The position numbers and the translations under genes are program-made. From Hydrolagus affinis (lineage: Eukaryota), in assembly GCA_012026655.1 (NCBI GenBank), contig JAAILG010001243.1, positions 1-64,000 on the forward strand: 64,000 nucleotides of DNA, in the 5' to 3' direction. The notes beneath the pieces are model-generated. The model searched no databases and was not told the origin of the DNA. It saw nothing but the letters and a program-made list of their open reading frames with translations. Below, piece by piece: positions 60,211-64,000 of the stretch; the stretch's first letter is position 1; every line of letters starts with the position of its first letter.

Positions 60211-60957
60211 ACACAATTTAACTGTTATCAGCCGGAGGGAGGGCAGAGAGAGGGCAGAGGGAGTAAAGCGATATATTTGTAGGTGAAAATTTAAGGAGTT
60301 TTGATATGTGCATTGTGAATTATAGTAAAATGACAGCACAATGAAGCCTTGTTATATTATAAACAGTTTTGCAAAGCGTCAGCATAAAAAAAAACTTGTT
60401 CTGTAACTCTGATTTGAGTTTGTGAGTGCGTATAAAAAAAACCTGGAAAGTTTCTACGCTTTGTATGCCAGTGCTCCGGTTTAATGATTTTGGTGCCACA
60501 AATGTTATATTCAATGCAGCTCAGACAAAGCTCTCTGCAAGTGATGCATTTCAAACAGCCCATTGCCAGCCCAGCACATGACAAGTTCACAGGGCAAGAG
60601 CAGCTCGAGTTTGCCTACAATTGGGATTAATTTGGTGGAGGAGGCGAGGAACTGTGCTGTGCTGTCTCTGGCATTTGCTCTAACTGGGCCTTAGAGTGTG
60701 CAGTGACTCCAGTGAGGTCAAAGTTATTGTATTTGCCAAGTGTTGCCAACTCTCATCCCACTCAACACATGCATAAAATCTAAACAGTTCTGTTATTGAT
60801 TGAGGGGATTCAATAGTTCTGACCCTAACTAATAATAATGGACTGCTTCCTGCATTGCTGGTTAACATATTGATCAGAATAAACATACATGTGGGTTACA
60901 TGTGAACTGCATAATGGTTTATCTGTCACCTTTACTCGGTTAAACCAGGACTGCTGA

Positions 60958-61035
60958 ACAACAACCACAACAATAAATTATATTTATAAAGCTTCTTTCA
61001 CGTCGGGAGGATATCCCAAGACGCTAAACAGTCAG
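60958..61035 (-). mobile_element. L2 3' tail
   Basis: ACAACAATAAATTATATTTATAAAGCTTCTTTCACGTCGGGAGGATATCCCAAGACGCT. Confidence 0.72.
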
Positions 61036-61479
61036 GGATTTGACCTACACTTGGTCATTCACTATTCTCGTACATTGTTTAATTCAAATCTACAATCAAA
61101 GGGAACTAGATTGGTGACAGGGGAATGAGGACACAAGTCAGCGAAATTACCCGCCCAGGCCTGGGAAACCTCAAGAAAATGGCAATCTGACTAAACTAAC
61201 TAAAACTAAAACTTCAAAGAACAGTAAATTTGGAATTTTATTGGCAGAAAACCTTGACTGGAATTCCTGTCTCTGGTACTCGAGGCTCATATAATACATT
61301 AAATGAGAAAAAGCTGCTGCGAAGCTGGACTCAGTCCTACACAAACGTTCAGGCGCTGCACGGAATAGCCAGGGATGTGTTATTCATGCAAGATCTCTGC
61401 TGAGGTACCTCAAAGGAAGGAGAAAAGGCTCAGGCAAATCTCAATAAAACTGATCCTCGGCACCTCTGCTCAATTAGAC

Positions 61480-61790
61480 AATAATAACTCACATTTATGC
61501 AATGCCTTTCACATAAAAATAAACATCTCAAAGCGCTTTGTGTAACTGATTAATGAAGTGAATGTACACCAGCAAATGCAACAGCTAATCTGCACCATGA
61601 TATCCCATAAAAAGCAATAAGATGCGCAGCCGATTTGATTTGAATTCATGGGGTAAACATATTCATAATCATTGCATTTGATATTGTGCCTTGTCATATC
61701 AAATCATTCAAACCGCTTTGCAGAATTATTCTGTAAAGTGTAGCGACTGTGGACGAATGCGGCAATCAATTTGCTAACAGAAATGTTCTA
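61480..61790 (-). mobile_element. Two degenerate Deu-SINE 3' fragments
   Basis: CATCTCAAAGCGCTTTG; TTGCATTTGATATTGTGCC..CTGTAAAGTGTAGCGACTG..GCGGCAATCAATTTGC. Confidence 0.6.
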
Positions 61791-62104
61791 CAGCTTTGCA
61801 GGGGTCAAAATTCATCACATGAACAAAGCTGCACGAAAGGGTCTGCCAGAAAATGTTTATCACCAAAATGTTATCGCAGAAACAGTACTCTCTGTGTGTG
61901 TTAGTCTCTGAAAGGTTCCAAAAGTTATGGCAGCCCCATTAACCAAGCTGCTATCAGAGAGAGGGACTGACTGACAATCACCTGCTGTACCATTCAGCTG
62001 TGTATATATGCACCTATCTTATAATCTTACATACTACAGCTAAAGCCACTCTGCAAACTATTTGACTATTGTGTATCTATTTCCTGCCAAAGAGAAAAGT
62101 TTAC

Positions 62105-62322
62105 TAGTAATCTAGCCTGTGAAATCATTTCATTTCCTCCCCAAGTAGACCAATCAAATCAACTCTTAACCTTTACAACTCCATGAAGCAAAACCCCAGT
62201 CAACCTAGCCTCTTACAATAGTTAAACCTTTTCAATCCAAGTACTTATCTGATGAACAGTTACTAGACACCCTCCTGGGATAATATTTCCTTCCAAAGAC
62301 TGGGTGCCCCAAATCAAAGCAT
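62105..62322 (-). mobile_element. Old CR1 ORF2 C-terminal fragment
   Basis: Minus strand TTTGGGGCACCC (WAP-like)..GGATTGAAAAGGTTTAACTATTGTAAGAGGCTAGG..AGGTTAAGAGTTGATTTGATT (RLRxDLI). Confidence 0.55.
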
Positions 62323-63276
62323 TGGGTGATGATTGGGAAATAAAGTAACACCATTTTCAGAATACAATACGAACAGAAGGTTAGGGCAAAGTGGTCAAGA
62401 AGTCAAGTGGAAGAGGTCAAGAGATCAAGGGAGAATACTGTCATTCCGACAGGGAGATGATAACCTGATTTGGTCAGTGAAGAAGTTGAGAAGGTAATTG
62501 GCTGAGGAGTCATATGCACTGAGACAGGTCAGCATGCATGGCATTTCCCAACCTGCTTAAGCAGATGGATCTGAATTGGGGTTGATTAAATCAAAGGCAT
62601 TCTTAATTGCTTCTCATTTGTTATAAAGATGTCTTTTGCTTGCTGCACAGCACCGAGCTGTTGAAGATGCGTTCTGTCCTAGCCCTGACAAAGGGTTGGT
62701 TGGCAATAAACTGGTTATTTCAAACATGCAGGGAAGGGGTAGAGGAATTCATCAGATATTTAAACAGGGGGACCAAAACTGGAACAATAAGTGTCTGGAT
62801 AAGGAATAATTTTAACTGCATTGTATAGTTTCTGGGAATCAAAACGTGTGCTAAATGAAATAGAAAGATGAGAAAAGCATGCATATATTTACTAGATGGT
62901 CAAATATCTAGTGTTTCTCCACAAGTATCCCTTATTATGGCAAAGTTGGACATTACAAGCTGTACTATTAGAGTATGATGTGGGGGGAGTAAATGCCATA
63001 CAACTCTGGCTGCTCTTCAACTCTAGCGGTCCTGACAAGAGTGTCTCTCTGGAAAGGCACATCGGCCAAGTTCACAGAAGTGAAAAGGTGTGATTTCTCA
63101 CCCTTTGAAGAAAATCACTTAATCACATAAGCCTCGCTTCTTCTGCTATTTCCCAATAAAATTCTGCTGATTGTCAGAATTAACCAAAAGTTACATTTGG
63201 TTTCCTACTCATGGTGATGAGTTTCTGCATGTGTCACACACTTGGCTACCACACCCCACAAATACATATCAACACA

Positions 63277-63520
63277 ACTTGAGGAAACATTTCTTCACTC
63301 AGAGGGTAGTGAATTTATGGAATTCATTACCCCAGAAGGCTGTAGATGCTCAGTCCTTGAACATTTTCAGACTGATAGATTATTGAAAACTAGAGGGATC
63401 AGAGGATATGGGGATAGGGCAGGTAATCAAAGTTAGGTGAGAAGATCAGCCATGATCTTATTGAATGGCAGAGCAGGCTCGAAGGGCTGAATGGCCTACT
63501 CCTAATTCTTATGTTCTTAT
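63277..63520 (+). mobile_element. CR1 LINE 3' end, same family as 2543-3015
   Basis: LRKHFFTQRVVNLWNSLPQKAVDAQSL..GIRGYG, UTR GATCAGCCATGATCTTATTGAATGGCAGAGCAGGCTCG, and terminal repeat TTCTTATGTTCTTAT. Confidence 0.92.
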
Positions 63521-64000
63521 ATTATAAAAGCAAAGAAAAATATATAGAAGATGCACTGGATCATATAGTGCATTATCTGAGCCAAGCTATAGACTCTGAG
63601 TCAACGATGCTATTTGCATTTTAAGGACCCAATTCTCAGCTGTTCAGAATGTTTATAATAATGTTCCAATGTTAGTGCTTATTACAGTGCCCTGCTTTTC
63701 TCCCATACCTTTGAGAGCCTATTGTCTGAATGCTGGATGCTAGAGAAATCGACAAATTCAAAATTCTTTTCGTAATTTCTACATTTGATACACACCGGCA
63801 CTTACACATTACTCACCACATTCCAGGATCTTTTTAATGGAATCTCCTGTTTCTGGTGACACCAGACACTACAACAATGACACTAGTCAAGTGTCACTGC
63901 TGTGTTTTATCAAATGAACAAGACACTCGATCCCATTCCAGCCCATCTTCTAAACTTACTCCTGTCACTCTTGTACATTGTGTGTCAGCCTGAGTTACTC

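Noticed and set aside
1-64000. CRISPR array, operon or other prokaryotic system
   Set aside because: There are no regularly spaced repeats and no dense ORFs; the recurring sequences are dispersed vertebrate SINE and LINE tails.

Overview
This is vertebrate non-coding genomic DNA. It is most likely from a cartilaginous fish (holocephalan or elephant-shark-like), inferred only from the retroposon repertoire. I recognise no protein-coding gene. The only ORFs with protein similarity I can identify are C-terminal and RT fragments of CR1 and L2 LINEs. The window is a mosaic of five things: (i) tRNA-derived Deu-domain SINEs, comprising a young ~320-bp family with two near-full-length copies, a longer variant, and an older SacSINE1-like family; (ii) 5'-truncated L2 and CR1 LINE ends; (iii) an AmnSINE2-like relic; (iv) one palindromic Penelope-type remnant with a degenerate hammerhead-ribozyme core; (v) repeat-free, TAAT/TGAT-rich blocks that look like conserved enhancers in a large intron or gene desert. 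There is a 233-nt N gap at 11520-11752. The observations most worth follow-up are local structures: a ~130-bp inverted duplication across an L2 insertion junction, two strand-asymmetric (G-U-rescued) hairpins at 43362-43432 and 45962-46031, a conserved-stem/variable-loop element shared by SINE and L2 tails, and a few weak candidate exons. I found no convincing new multi-gene system. Repeat family names come from recalled consensus features, not database searches, and element boundaries are approximate.
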